Assembly (NCBI GenBank): GCA_030704615.1
Contig: CM060732.1
Location: forward strand, 61,442,001 to 61,506,000
Source: Takakia lepidozioides
Lineage: Eukaryota; Plantae; Bryophyta
Direction: 5' to 3'
Length of the DNA stretch: 64,000 nt
Part shown: piece after piece, positions 11,101 to 23,700 of the stretch
How positions within the stretch are numbered: position 1 is the first letter of the stretch
Layout of the letters: each line of letters begins with the position of its first letter
The notes under the pieces: model-generated
Database searches by the model: none
What the model was told of the DNA's origin: nothing
Seen by the model: the letters and a program-made list of their open reading frames with translations, nothing else
Position numbers and translations under genes: made by a program

Positions 11101-14100
11101 TACGCTGCGTCAGTTGATACCGAGTGTACCATCACCTCCCTGCCTTGGTTTTCTTCGAACAACCAGGCGATGCAGTCTGCATCAGACTCGCATTCATATA
11201 AACCCGGACCTAGGGACTTGACGACGTCCTCTAGTCCTACCTTCCTTCGCTTAACCTCCCTGCGAGGCGCGGTGCTGGTTGCTAATACTCGGTGGGCATG
11301 TGACGTTGGATGTATCTCTCTATCTATCCACCAGTCCTCCGGACTCAAGTCCGCAGATTCCTTTTCAGAACCAATCATGCTGAGCTCATCCTCATATGTT
11401 TCGTGGTGAGGTGCTCCCGAAAGAAAAACGACTGTAGTCGTGTAAGGTTTTATCCCATAAGTGATGGTACCTGCCCCCCAGTCCGTTCGAGCTTGGGACT
11501 AGACCAACCATGGCCTCCCTAGTAGGAGTGCGTAGGAATACTCATCAATGGGGAAATCTATGATTTGGAAATCTACCGCGTACGTGTAGCCTCCGGTCTT
11601 TAGCCGAACATTCGTTAAGTGACCCACTGGTCTGATCTTCCGTTGGTCAGCCAGTCTGATAGTTAATGGAGACTCTCCTGTCATGTTCAATCCTAACTTT
11701 GACAAGGTGGAGAGTGACATGATGTTGACTGAGCTCCCATCATCCACTAAACAATGTCGTATCAGACGGTCTGCAATCTCCACTTCTATTTCTATTGGGC
11801 CCGGATCGACATGTCGAACTGTTGGTGCCAGTGCTATGAGTTGGGAAAATGTAATGTTTGCCTGAATGTGGCGCAAGTCTTCCATTAGATTATACGGCTC
11901 CAACTCATCGGTGAAGCGCATAGTGGAGTGTGTTCTCCTTTTGGGAAGCTTCGCTGGTGTTACTGGTCGATTGGCCGGATTCTTTGTTCTGGATGTCAAA
12001 GGTGGCCGCGAAATGGTTGGCCGGACTGCTAGAGATTCGGTCTCTGCAAATGCTATCTCCTTCTCCTTGGGATGGGTATCCTCTTCCTCCTTGAGTACAG
12101 TTTCCGCTGCCTTTAGTGCGTCTGACTTCATGACTTTGAAGTTCAGATCTTCCTGTTCTGATGCCGATGTGGCTGACTCCAACGCCACATACCCAGGGCC
12201 TTTCCCTAGCGTATCTTGTTGTTGTCGGGTCAGTACTGCATAGCTACCTTCCTCTGGGGTAGCCTGCGTATTTTGAGTGGCGCCGAGCTCACTTGAAATC
12301 CAATTGACTTGGTGCTGCGTCTCCTGTTGACGAGACGACTGACCGGGATGCATACTAGCCTGCTGCTGGGATGGCGCCAAAGTGGACGCCTGCTGCCCTC
12401 CCTGCACCCTTACATCCTGAGGGGGAGACCACGTATTAGAAGAACCCTGGGCTATCTGAGCCGCAGGATTTGAATAGGCTGCTCGGGAATTCTGTCCCAT
12501 AGCTGCATTGCCCCCAGAATATGATGGGCCTGCCTGATCTGTTCTACGCCGTTGCGCTATCTGCGTTGGAGTAGCGAAATACATGCTATGATGTTGTGGT
12601 AGAGGGTTGGGTGGTTCAGTGATATACTGATTCGGGAAGGGTGCTCGCTGCCCTTCCAAATTCCTCTCTACTTGTTGAATGGTGGCCGGTGTAGGCTGGT
12701 CCATTTGTCTATGAGGACATTTGTCCAAGGGGTGACCTCGTTGGCCGCAATGCAAACACACAATGTTACTTCAACAATTTTCAGTTGGGTGAGTGGTTCT
12801 TCCGCATTTTTGACATCCTCTTCGGGATTGATTGAATTGCCTTTTTGGTCTATCTTGATAAGTTGGGTTCCGGCTTACCTGCCTTTCCCGAATGGGATAA
12901 GGACAGTGTTGAGACACATGTCCCGAGTTGTTGCAATTGGAACACCATACCTTGGCCGGGTTGGGGCCGGACTCTCCAACTGGGGCCGCATTTCGGTACC
13001 CCACACAGCTGGTAATCTGCTGACCGATTGAGCTCATGCGGTTGCCCATTGTTTCAATGGTCTTGATGAGAGAAGTGACTTGTGCCTCTAGATGACCCAT
13101 TTGCGAATTGGATTGCCCGCTTGAATCTGCCTGTGAGTTGGTAGGAACAACATTCGTGTATTGCGGCACTGTTGGCGCTACTACGGGTGTTGGGGACGTT
13201 GCTGGGGCATAGGGTCTCACTCGTCCTACATAAGATGGCGTGTAATGCAGCGCGGGCTGGATTACCGCTAATGGTACCGGCTCCTGCGCGGGCTTGATTG
13301 AAATGTACGATGGTAGAGCAAAGTCGGGCATCCTAGCTCGTTGTACTTGACGATGCATGTTGTCAAATTCCTTGCCCGCTTGTATGGCATCTACCAAAGT
13401 TGCAGGTCTTTGCTGCAAAACATGAAGTGGCCTCTCGTAATCCACTCAAAAACAATCTTTGAGTACCCCATCATCTAGGGGGGTCAAAGGGTTTTGGAGT
13501 CGCACTAGCTCCCTTAATCGTATTTCGAAGTCTGCTACCTCCTCTGTGGGGCCTTGGCGAATCCGTGTCAGTGCCATCAAGACACTGGTGAACTGGTGGA
13601 CTGCCTGAAAATTTCTAGAAATGCGTCCCGAATCTGCTGCCAAGTAATAAATATAACTGGAGCCTGTTGCCAATACCAAGTAGATGCTCTTCCCCTCATG
13701 GTTGTGGGAAACCATATCAGCCAATAGGCATCGTTTAGTGCTTGGTTAGAGTAGCAACATTGAATAAAGCTTTTCACATGATATTCTGGATTTTCATGTG
13801 CTTCCCCGGAGAACCAAGGCAGATGCCTGGGCGATGTTAGCGGAGTAAACCAGCTGGAACCACAATGGGTACCTCAGGAGGTCCTGAAATATGTGCCATG
13901 ATTGACACTAATGACGGCAAGGGCTCCTTGACGTGGCCGGTGGGGTGTAAGGGGGACTAGATATAGGGGAAACCACTTGTGAACACTCGATGTCCGAAGA
14001 ACTTTCAGTGTTCTCTCCTTCCCACTCTATCTTGGGTGAATGCAGGGTTGACTGGACCAAAATGGACGTTACCGGCACAGTTTTAAATGACTGCAATTGA

Positions 14101-15250
14101 TGGTGTCATCAATTGAATTTTAATTAACTCATTAAACCCAGCAAATATATATGTCATTGGATTCCTAGCTTCAATACGCACCCATAGCAACTCTCCAATC
14201 ATGAATCCGATAAGAAATGACTCTGTTATGGACTTTTGAACACCGTCATTGTGGACTGTTACTGCAGTGAATGGAATTACAATGGACTCAAGTTCTCCTA
14301 TGTGCCATTGGTGAATTCCATTGAAATTTGGACTTAAGGTGGCCATTTTGGTCCACATCATAGGTATGGATTTGACGTGGCAAAATCATTTGTCATTTGA
14401 CTCAAATAGACTAATATATGAAAAACAAAAATAGGCATTTTTTGAAAAGTCCATAGCTCATCTTGTTTTTTGGATTTTGGGTGTCATTTTTTTTCTAGAA
14501 GTACAAAAACCTATAATCTTCAATGGCTAGGTGACATATTGAATTTTTTTGTAAACTCTAATTTTTAGTTTTTCATAATTTATCTAAATAATAGACTAAA
14601 ATATTTAATGAATTATATCTTTAATATTTGGGGTAGGACTCTTTACTAAATATGTTCAGTATACCATTATCTATCACTGAAAGTTTTTTTTGGATAGTAT
14701 CATCAACGTTTTTTTTTTTTTTTTTTTGTCATGGACTTTCATGGAGCAGGATCTGCCGTTTTTGGTCCACTCAACCTTGCAACTGCCCTCTTTCCCAAAA
14801 TTCTAGTTTCTGAGTCTGACTCTGGACTCAATGCTGGGCTTTTCCCTAGCAACTGATCACGGACCGCTTCTCTAGCCAGTCTTTTCTGTAACCCGGTGTC
14901 AAACGATATGTTATCCAGGCTTGGGAGTGTGTCGAACTAGACATACACTCACTGTTGTACCGACGAGGACTCTCCTGCCTCAATCTGTACTTAATGACCT
15001 ATATTTCCTTGAACTACCATGTCAAGAATAAACGAGGTCAAATTTACATACCTTCCATGAAACCGTGATGGAGGCACGTCAGTGTGCAATCGATGGTGCA
15101 TTAAGGGATAACCAACCGGCCAAGGTCCTGCACAATGCGAGCACTCGGATCGGAGTATCAGATGTTGGCTTGCAAAGAACTGGCAAGACTCACAATGAAT
15201 AAAGAAATCAACTTGCCACCTTAAGTGGGCTAGGAGGGATGATCTTAGGT
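11101..15250 (-). mobile_element. Ty3/Gypsy gag-protease half (host of the DNA transposon; RT half at 28169-30110)
   Basis: Zn knuckles CSNCNNSGHVSQHC, CQKCGRTTHPTENC, CLHCGQRGHPLDKC; protease LVDDGSSVNIM...LLLGRPWL; readable to ~11101. Confidence 0.9.
14085..14727. mobile_element. AT-rich non-autonomous insertion inside gag, at an A/T tract
   Basis: Flanks rejoin as CATGACAAAACTGTGCCG on the minus strand; weak terminal inverted similarity TTGATGRTRYYATC; poly-T at the right end. Confidence 0.45.
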
Positions 15251-15254
15251 GTAA

Positions 15255-15981
15255 TCCTGGGGGTGCACACTTTATAAAATGTCCGTATCACGTGCGTTCG
15301 CCGCCTAATAAAAAAACCCCCTGTAGACGGGTCCTTGGATCATTTATACCCCCTCTGTACATACATTTTGAAGATTATAAAACCCCCTCATGTAAATATA
15401 TAGAAATTTGTAATTTTAAAAAAGTACCCCCTGCTATATGTATATTTCCCTTTTCAATCATTAAAAAATACCCTCAAATATGTATATGTATTTTTTTAAT
15501 ATCAAGTTTATTCATTTAAAAATAGACCTCGGCCTGTAGGTCCAAATTTTATGAAACCAAGTTGGTGCATCCCTACTCATTGAGGGCTTTCCAACAGTAC
15601 CAAAATCGTGGCCAGAGGCCCCGCGGTTTGGGAGATCTCAAGGACCCTACAAACAATATTGTGTTCATGCCATATTTGAAAAAAAAACCCAATTATTTAC
15701 ATTTATGTCCCCGTGTACAAATGACAAATGAAGGGCCAGTAATTGTTCCAAGAGAGCCCAGTTTGCTATTTTTTGCGAGTTTCCAACGACCAAAAGTACT
15801 TGAAATTTCATATCTCCCACACCGCAAGTTCCAAAATTATGAGACCAAGCCGGTGCACCCCTCCTCATCGAGGGTTTTCCAATGGTACCAAACACCAGGG
15901 CTGGCCCCGCGGTTTGGGAGATCTCAACAATGATACAAAACCAAAAAAAAAATCTAGCGACGACCGAAGGTCGGAAGCTAG
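15255..15981 (+). mobile_element. Non-autonomous Helitron-like element
   Basis: A|TC 5' end; 3' hairpin CGACC-GAA-GGTCG followed by CTAG|T; internal ~85 bp direct repeat (15555-15640 / 15843-15927). Confidence 0.6.
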
Positions 15982-16414
15982 TTTAGCGTAGAATAGGAAT
16001 AGGGTGCCATAGTGCCACGTCATCGTCGTCGTCAATTTCTTTGGAATCTGCCCGGACGGCCCGCCCGAAAAACCCCAAAGCGCCAATTTGTTTTGGAATT
16101 GCCCGGACTCGTGCTCCCACTTTGTTGTGCGTTTCTTGTTTGTTCCTCATGTTTATTAGGTTCGGCGTCTGCTCATCTGTACCGTGGTGGAGGCGTGGTG
16201 GTTCTCACAGAGCGATCCAACAGTACCTGACTACACATACAAGCAGCACACACAAGAGGTCCTTATTGATGGTCGATATCCTCCATTGGTCATGACATGA
16301 GGTCAAGGACAATGTGGTGAGGGCAGCTTCTTCTTTCTGCTATTTCAGCATGTTTTTCCCTCTCATCAGACTCGGCCTTGAGATGCATATTGAATTATGT
16401 ACTTTAGCTCGTTG

Positions 16415-17129
16415 TGTCGCGCACCTCACTTCGGTAAACTCCCCCCCCTCAAGTCAAAGTTACTCGCTTGATGCGCGCGCCTAACTCCCAACCTGGCCGC
16501 CGGGCCAACTTGGAGCTCCGGCTGCTCACCGGGGCATAACGGTCCCCATTTGATCTCCCAAAGAACCCTCCAACGATTTGGAACCAGCGGAATTCCCTTT
16601 GGTAGTTGGTAGTCCGGAACAGCTCCCCACTCTTTGGTCGCTTTCTGGCTTGCTAGTTTTTGGTCACCAACGGGCTTGCACCGTTCTCGGGGTTACTACT
16701 CCCTATATATACTTCTATAGCTGTCCGCGGGGGTTTCACAAACAACCATGCCATTTTATGGCGAACCACCACGAACACCCTCGACTCCCGGTGATGAGTC
16801 GCGGTGAGTCTTGGCCCACCCACCACGGCCCATATGGACCGTGATGAGTCCCAAGACTCCCCACAACTCCCACCACGAGGTCTCCGCCCCAGGGTGAGTC
16901 CTATGCCACCCCCACTAAGTCCCGCTAAGCTACCACCACCCCTTGTGGAGCCACCCCCACCGCAACCCGGTGTGCGGGGCTCCACCTAGTGAGCGCCTCC
17001 GCCTCGTTGAGTGCCTTGGGCACTCAAGGGTGCTTCAGCCCCCCATACCTATCGCTGCCACTGCCCCCACCACAGGGGCAGCCCCACTTGTGTCCCGACC
17101 CCCTGCCCTCAAGGCAAAAGGCCGCGACA
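16415..17129 (-). mobile_element. 3' LTR of the 7757 Gypsy element, now inverted; preceded on the minus strand by PPT and 3' UTR (17130-17960)
   Basis: Reverse complement of 7757-8479; PPT GGTAGGGGTGTG at 17130-17141; outer flank reads CAACG on the minus strand, identical to the 5' TSD. Confidence 0.92.
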
Positions 17130-17960
17130 CACACCCCTACCAACAGGGAGTCGATGTCCTCATCGGCTTGTCCATTTTGTGGAAACGAACATCCAAGTTG
17201 TGGCGTCCCACATCAAGGAGTTTGTTTTCGTACCATGGCGTCCCATGGCAAAGAACCAAACCCCACACTTGACTCTACTCTCCACTAGCTAGTTCGGCCG
17301 ACTTCCTCCAAGTCCCGGCCAAGGGTGGAGCCTCTCAAGCTCCTCCCAGTGCACTCTTCTTGGCCTACTTCAAGGCCAAGGAATGATCCTCCCCGAGGAT
17401 AGACTCGCCTTATTGCAACAACATGCTTGCGACCGCTCATGATGCCACTTTTGGCATCACCTTGAGCAAGGGTTCACCTCAAACCCTCTTTGACTAGGAA
17501 GATAACCTTGAACCAACCGCGCGCCCCAATCACTACAATTGGGTCCGCCTTGGAATGCTGGCCTGAGGTAAGGGAACACGCCGAAGCCGCACTACGACTT
17601 CGTCCCGAGGCTACACGATTATAGTACGTGAACGGAAGCACGTAGCTTCCGCGTTAGCACGCACTACAATGCAACCCCCTTGGTAGCGCAGTTATAGTAT
17701 GCACACGCGCCAGGTGCGCACTAGCACGTGAACTCCTAAAGAAGGCGCAAGTTTCCTTGCCCCTTGGATGGGAGTCACCCAATGTCGGCACTACGCTAAC
17801 ACACGATTAACCCAATTTACCTCTCCCACTTTTGTAAGCTAGCATGCATTCTACACACTAGCCAACCACACCATGCATCACAATTCCAAACAAAATAGGA
17901 CGCACAACATTTGGAACCCATTTCCTTTATAACAAATTTTTGTAGTCCTCCATCTCTTTC

Positions 17961-19860
17961 AGGTAAGTGCTCTCAGCTTCTCCCATTGAGGTGGCATGTT
18001 TGTACTTGAGGCAGAGCCTTCTGTGCTCCAACTGAAGGTCAGGGCGAATGCAGCGCTTTGTATGATGTGCCAGAGATTGACTCCAATGGAAGAGGCATGT
18101 GTGCTCCCTATTTTCCATTGGGACCTTTGGATCCCCCGAACCAAACACGCGCCGCACTGCATTGAAATTTACTTGTGCACTATCAGCCATAAAGCCCGCA
18201 AAATTTGTGTTCTGTATTCCATTGCGTTGCATGACGGCCAGGAGCGAATTCCACATGAGCATCTAGGATTCAGTGTCCTCCGACTGCATATCACAAATTG
18301 CTATGGAGAGCACACGTTGGTATGCTGGATCGTACACATGGCACGTCATGGTTGTCCAACCCTTCACCCGTTTGCAGTGATCAAACATTAACCAACATTT
18401 TGCCAAATCTCCTCCAGGTTGCATTCGGCGGACAATGCTCACACCACTGCCTTCGCCCACTGTGGACATCTTGAACAAATACACCTTGGACGAGCCTTGG
18501 CCAGGGAAGAAAGGTTTTGAATGAATTCATAGCGACTCCTCCGTTTGAGGTCCATAATGTTGTCCATGAATCCAGCAGTGCATGTGCCCATTCTGAGTGC
18601 ATTCACCTGGTTTCGAATATTGGGAGAGCTCAACACGGAGAAATGGTCCATCACTGCCTCAAGCGAATCTGCATCCAACATTGGTTATGTCGCATCCCCT
18701 TCACCCAGTATGTGTTTTTCCAGGAATGCCTTGCTAGCTGCAAGCGCTATAGCAGAAGGTGTTGCACAAGGGGCATTGTGGAACTCCTGCTTTAGTATAT
18801 TTCTAGCGATGTCCACGCTATCCTTGCAACTTCCTTTGGACACAGGATGCTTGTGTGTACCCATATGAATGGAGGCACGAGTCATTGTCTTGCATCGGTG
18901 TACCACCTGGTACATACGAGCGTGACACACAGAAACACAAGACGGGGAAAGTTTGCAAAACATGCACATAAAAGTATTGGTCTTGGGAGGGGCAAGCCCT
19001 GGGGTGAAAGGATTCAGGGGCACACCTTCCCACTCACTTTCGTTTGGTTTAGCACTGTTTCTCAGGCGAGGGCAAGAAATATTCACGCACTTACAATGCC
19101 CAACGCAGACCGACCTTCGAAATTTCAATCCAATGTCGTTGTGGATGTTCAACGTTTTTGTCCTGCACCAAGGGTGTCCGTCATGTTTCTTGTCCATGCC
19201 CTGCAGAAGCCCAGCTAGTCCACAGGAAGACGTGGGAGGGTTGAGCTCAAACAAGATGTCCCCATCAAACTCTGTTGGCATGTATTGAACCCGCTGCACA
19301 CGAAGGGACTCCTAATCAACAAAATGCAGCTCGCTCTTGCACCCAGGCACCCCTGCGAGGGCTTTCAATTTCAGAATGACACTCGTTATCTCCTGCAACT
19401 CGTCATTATCCAAGAATGGAGTCTGCATTGGCGGAGGAATCTCAGAAACATCCTCCGAGGACGAGTCTGAAAGAGTCACGAATGTAGTGGATGTGCTCAC
19501 CTCTTATTTCACATGAACTGTGCCCTTCTGCTGCACGACCGATGCTGCAGTGCCAGGGGTAACTACTGATCCTGCTGATTGTCTTCTATCTTTTCCAAGG
19601 ACCCGGTATGTGCCTAGAAGGACTCTCCACTTCCTTCCACACTTGCCAACCAATGGTTTCTCCAAGTGCCCAGAATCCAAATTCCCATCCTCCTCATACA
19701 CCTTTTTTTTAACAAGCAGAGAACCCAATTCCAGAGGGAACACTGTAACCAGCTCATCCTCATGAACAACTGCAAACCCATCGTCATCTACAGTGGAAGT
19801 CAGTGGAAGACTACCTGCATTGGAATGAAATCGAGCGAGTCTATCTCGCTCCCTGGACAT
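17961..19860 (-). pseudogene. N-terminal part of a MULE-type DDE transposase with a GCM/WRKY-like Cys/His Zn-binding domain (frameshifted)
   Basis: PTEFDGDILFELNPP...DGHPWC...CVGHCKCVNISC...CMFC...CHARM...HMGTHKHP; core WLMFDHCKR...CDMQSED...GFMADSAQ...CLFHWSQS (D..D and CxxH of Mutator-type transposases). Confidence 0.8.
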
Positions 19861-20735
19861 GTTTTCGTATACTGACAGAATGTTGCGATTCACAGAGGAA
19901 TCCCCGAACTGATAGCCCGTAATTCTCGAAAGGGGATCCACCCCAAACAAAGTGAGGTAAAAAAGGGTAGCACTGACCCAAAGACTGTGGGCGATGCAAG
20001 CAAAGGATGTAGGAATGACATGCACCGAACTTCGCAGACAACCACACTGAGAGACACCAACCAGAAAAACTATTTTCTAAGAGAAGAAGCCACAAGAAGC
20101 CGTGCTGTATTTGGATGAAAAACAAACCCTGAACATGACATAAAATCATCCATTATGGAAAGACGGCAACAACCCTGGAGAGCAGTAAAGAGGAAGACCC
20201 CGAATCTAATGAGGTTGTGCTGTGCCAGAAGAGCACAGCACAAACACTGACACTCCGGGAAACACCTCGCATGAGTGTGTGCAACACATGATCATTGCCG
20301 ACACAACCCTTTATACCGAATGACCCCATTGCGACGGTGACGGCGAAATGCAAACCGCAGGGTAGGCAGTACAACACACGTGGACGCATATGTGAAGCAT
20401 AACAATTATTGCGAATATGCAAGTACTGCTCGAAATTGAACTAGCATTAGATTTCTACGGCACTTCCGAATTTCAAAGAATGCAAGAAGGCTGCCATGTA
20501 TTGGCAGGCGGCGAAGTACATCTGACACATATCACAAGTACATGCAACGGATCTACTTTTTTTTCCACCACTTTCTTTCTTGGATAATACAAAGACGCCG
20601 AAATGGATGAATTCCGTTCGCACACAATGATGACACCCGCATCCAAATACAGTTAACAATGTCCAATTTTTACTTTGGTTACATGCCATAGCAAAGCTTG
20701 TTGCAAACGTCAAACTGGAGAGCTCCAGAGGCAGC

Positions 20736-23700
20736 GTGGGGAGCCCTTGTTTCCACCGGAGGAGGAAGAGAAGGAAGTCGTTATACTTCACGAGCACTAG
20801 GGACAGGAATAGAGCCAGATATAGAATGAGGATGGAAAGAGTAGACGAAGAGGAAAAGGAGGAAGAAGAGGGCAAAGAAGAAAGTCTGGCGATGGAAGAG
20901 CAGGGATCTGGAAAAGAACAGCAGCCCGCCATACTTCCAAGAATAGGTGAGGAGGAGACTGAATCCGAGAGAGAGACGGACGCCAAAGATATTGATGTTG
21001 GCCTCAGGAAGAACCAGATAGTGAAAGAGGATGGGGGAGATGCTCCAGAACATGCTCGGCGTAGAGAGCAATCCGAAGCGCAAAGGGTCTCCGGCGATTG
21101 GGGAGTCTTCTGGAGCAGCCAAAAAAAAGGTACAATGTTTGAGACCGACCTTTGTGCTTCATTGGTGATGTGAACCCCAGTTGTGCTTGTATTTTGATAT
21201 GAAAACCGCCTATACATGGCATCTTTGGCAGGTTGAATCCACCCCGAATTGGAAGCTCAAACAGTGTGCGGCAACGCACAATGTTTGAGCCCCCCATTTT
21301 GCTTGTTTTTTTATGTGCAAAACGGCCACATAGGGCCACTATGGCAGGTTCAATCCACCCCGAATTGGAAGCTCAAACAGTGTGCGGCACCGCACACTCT
21401 TTGAGCCCCCCATTTTGCTTGTTTTTTGATGTTCAAAACGGCCACATAGGGCCACTATGGCAGGTTCAACCCACCCCGAATTGGAAGCTCAAACAGTGTG
21501 CGGCACCCCACACTGTTTGAGCCCCCCATTTTGCTTGTTTTTTCATGTTCAAAACGGCCACATAGGGCCACTATGGCAGGTTCAATCCACCCTGAATTGG
21601 AAGCTCAAACAGTGTGCGTCAACGCACACTGTTTGAGCCCCCCTTGTGCTTGTTTTTTTAGTGTGGAAATGGTGCACACAAGGGCCTCTCTATCTGGTTC
21701 AATCCACCCCTAATTCGAAGCTCAAACAGTGTGCGCCAACGCACACTGTTCAAGCCCCCCTTCTCACTGCTTTTTTCATAATAAAATCGTCCAGACAGGG
21801 TATCTCTATGAGGTTCAATCAACAATTTCCTGGCAGCTACAGCAGTGTGCGTGAACGCACACTGTTTGAGCCCACCATGTCATTGTTTTCTTCATGTGAA
21901 AATCGGCCACATACGGCCAGTCCGCCAAGTTCAATGCATACTTACCTGGCAGCTCAAACAGTGTGCGTCAACACACACTATTTGAGCCCACCTTGTCATT
22001 GTTTTTTTCATGTGAAAATCGGCCACATAGGGCCAGTCTGCCAGGTTCAATCCACCCCGAATTGGAAGCTCAAACAGTGTGCGGCACCGCACACTGTTTG
22101 AGCCCCCCCCATTTGCTTGTTTTTTCATGTTCAAAACAGCCACATAGGGCCACTCTTGCAGGTTCAATCCACCCCGAATTGGAAGGTCAAACAGTGTGCG
22201 TCAACGCACACTGTTTGAGCCCCCCTTGTGCCTTGTTTTTTTGGTGTGGAAATGGTGCACACAGGGGCCTCTCTATCTGGTTCAATCCACCCCTAATTCG
22301 AAGCTCAAACAGTGTGCGCCAACGCACACTGTTTGAGCCCCCCTTCTCATTGTTTTTGGAATAATAAAATCGTCCAGACAGGGTATCTCTGTGAGGTTCA
22401 ATGAACAATTTCCTGGCAGCTCAAACAGTGTGCGCCAACGCACACTGTTTGAGCCCCCCTTCTCATTGTTTTTTTCATAATAAAATCATCCAGACAGGGT
22501 AACTCTGTGAGGTTCAATCCACACTAACCTGGTAGCTCAAATAGTGTGCGTCAACGCACACTGTTTGACCCCCCCTTGTAATTGTTTCTTGAATGTGAAA
22601 ATCGTGCACATCGTCGCCTCTCTCTAAGGTTCATTCCACCCCTTTTGGGAAGCTCAAACAGTGTGTGGCATTGCACACTGTTTGAGCCCACACTTGACAT
22701 TATTTTTCATTTTAGAATCGACCACAAAGGTCATCTCTGTCAGGTTCAATTCACACTTACTTGGCAGCCCAAACAATGTGCGTCAACGCACACTGTTTGA
22801 GCCCCCTGATTTGCTTGTTTTTTGACATGAAAATTGTGCACCTAGGCTGGCAGGTTGAATCCACCCCGAAATGGAAGCTCAAATAGTGTGCGGCAACGCA
22901 CACTGTTTGAGCCCCCTTCACTGACTTTTCTTTTATTTCAAAATCGGCCACTCATGGCCACTATGCCATTTAACAATCACCCCTTATTGCAAGCTCAAAC
23001 AGTGTGCGGCAACGCACACTGTTTGAGCCCCCTTGTCTGCTTGTTTTTTGTTGTGAAAATCGGGCACCTAGGGCCACTCTGGCAGGTTGAAACGAACCCT
23101 TATGGAAGCTCAAACAGTGTGCGGCAACGCACACTGTTTGAGCCCCCTCTCTGCTTGTTTTTTATGTGAAATTGGGCCAAACAGGGCCAGTATGCATGCT
23201 CAAAACACCCATAGTTGGTAGCACGAAGAGTGTGCGGCAACGCACACTGTTTGTGCCCCTTTTTGGCCCCCTCTCTGTTTTTTTGTGGAAATGTGCCACA
23301 TAGGGCCAAATATCATGTTCAAAACACCACTATTTGGAAGCTGAAACATTGTGCGGCAACGCACAGTGTTTTCGGCCCCCACACTGCTTGTTTTCTGATG
23401 AGAAATTGGGCCACATAGGGCCTGTCTGCCATGCTCAAAACACCATCGTTTCATGCCTCTCTCTTATATCAATTTGAATGAACAACTCTGCAGGAGAAGA
23501 TGCAAAGTGTGGCGGATGAGATCCCTTCGGGGCAGGGAAGGAGATCATTGTTGATGTGGACGATGAGTTCTATGAAAGCAAAGCTGCTGAGATGCTGGGG
23601 GGGTCAGAAGGTAAACTCTCAGCTTGTGGTGCAAAGTATGCTTGCCCCGGGTGGGAGGTTGAAGATTCCCCTGTGTAGGTTGGTTTCCATGCCCGTCGTT

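Noticed and set aside
7757-17129. Large TIR element bounded by 720-bp inverted repeats
   Set aside because: The repeats have TG..CA ends, PBS, PPT and a shared 5-bp TSD: they are LTRs separated by an inversion
20447-21217. 256-aa minus-strand ORF
   Set aside because: Antisense shadow of the purine-rich acidic exon on the plus strand
21200-23445. CRISPR array
   Set aside because: Linkers are ~80 bp and homologous to each other, not unique spacers; eukaryotic context; no cas genes
21233-23454. ORFs across the array in the ORF track
   Set aside because: They are translations of the tandem repeat in several frames, with no consistent frame
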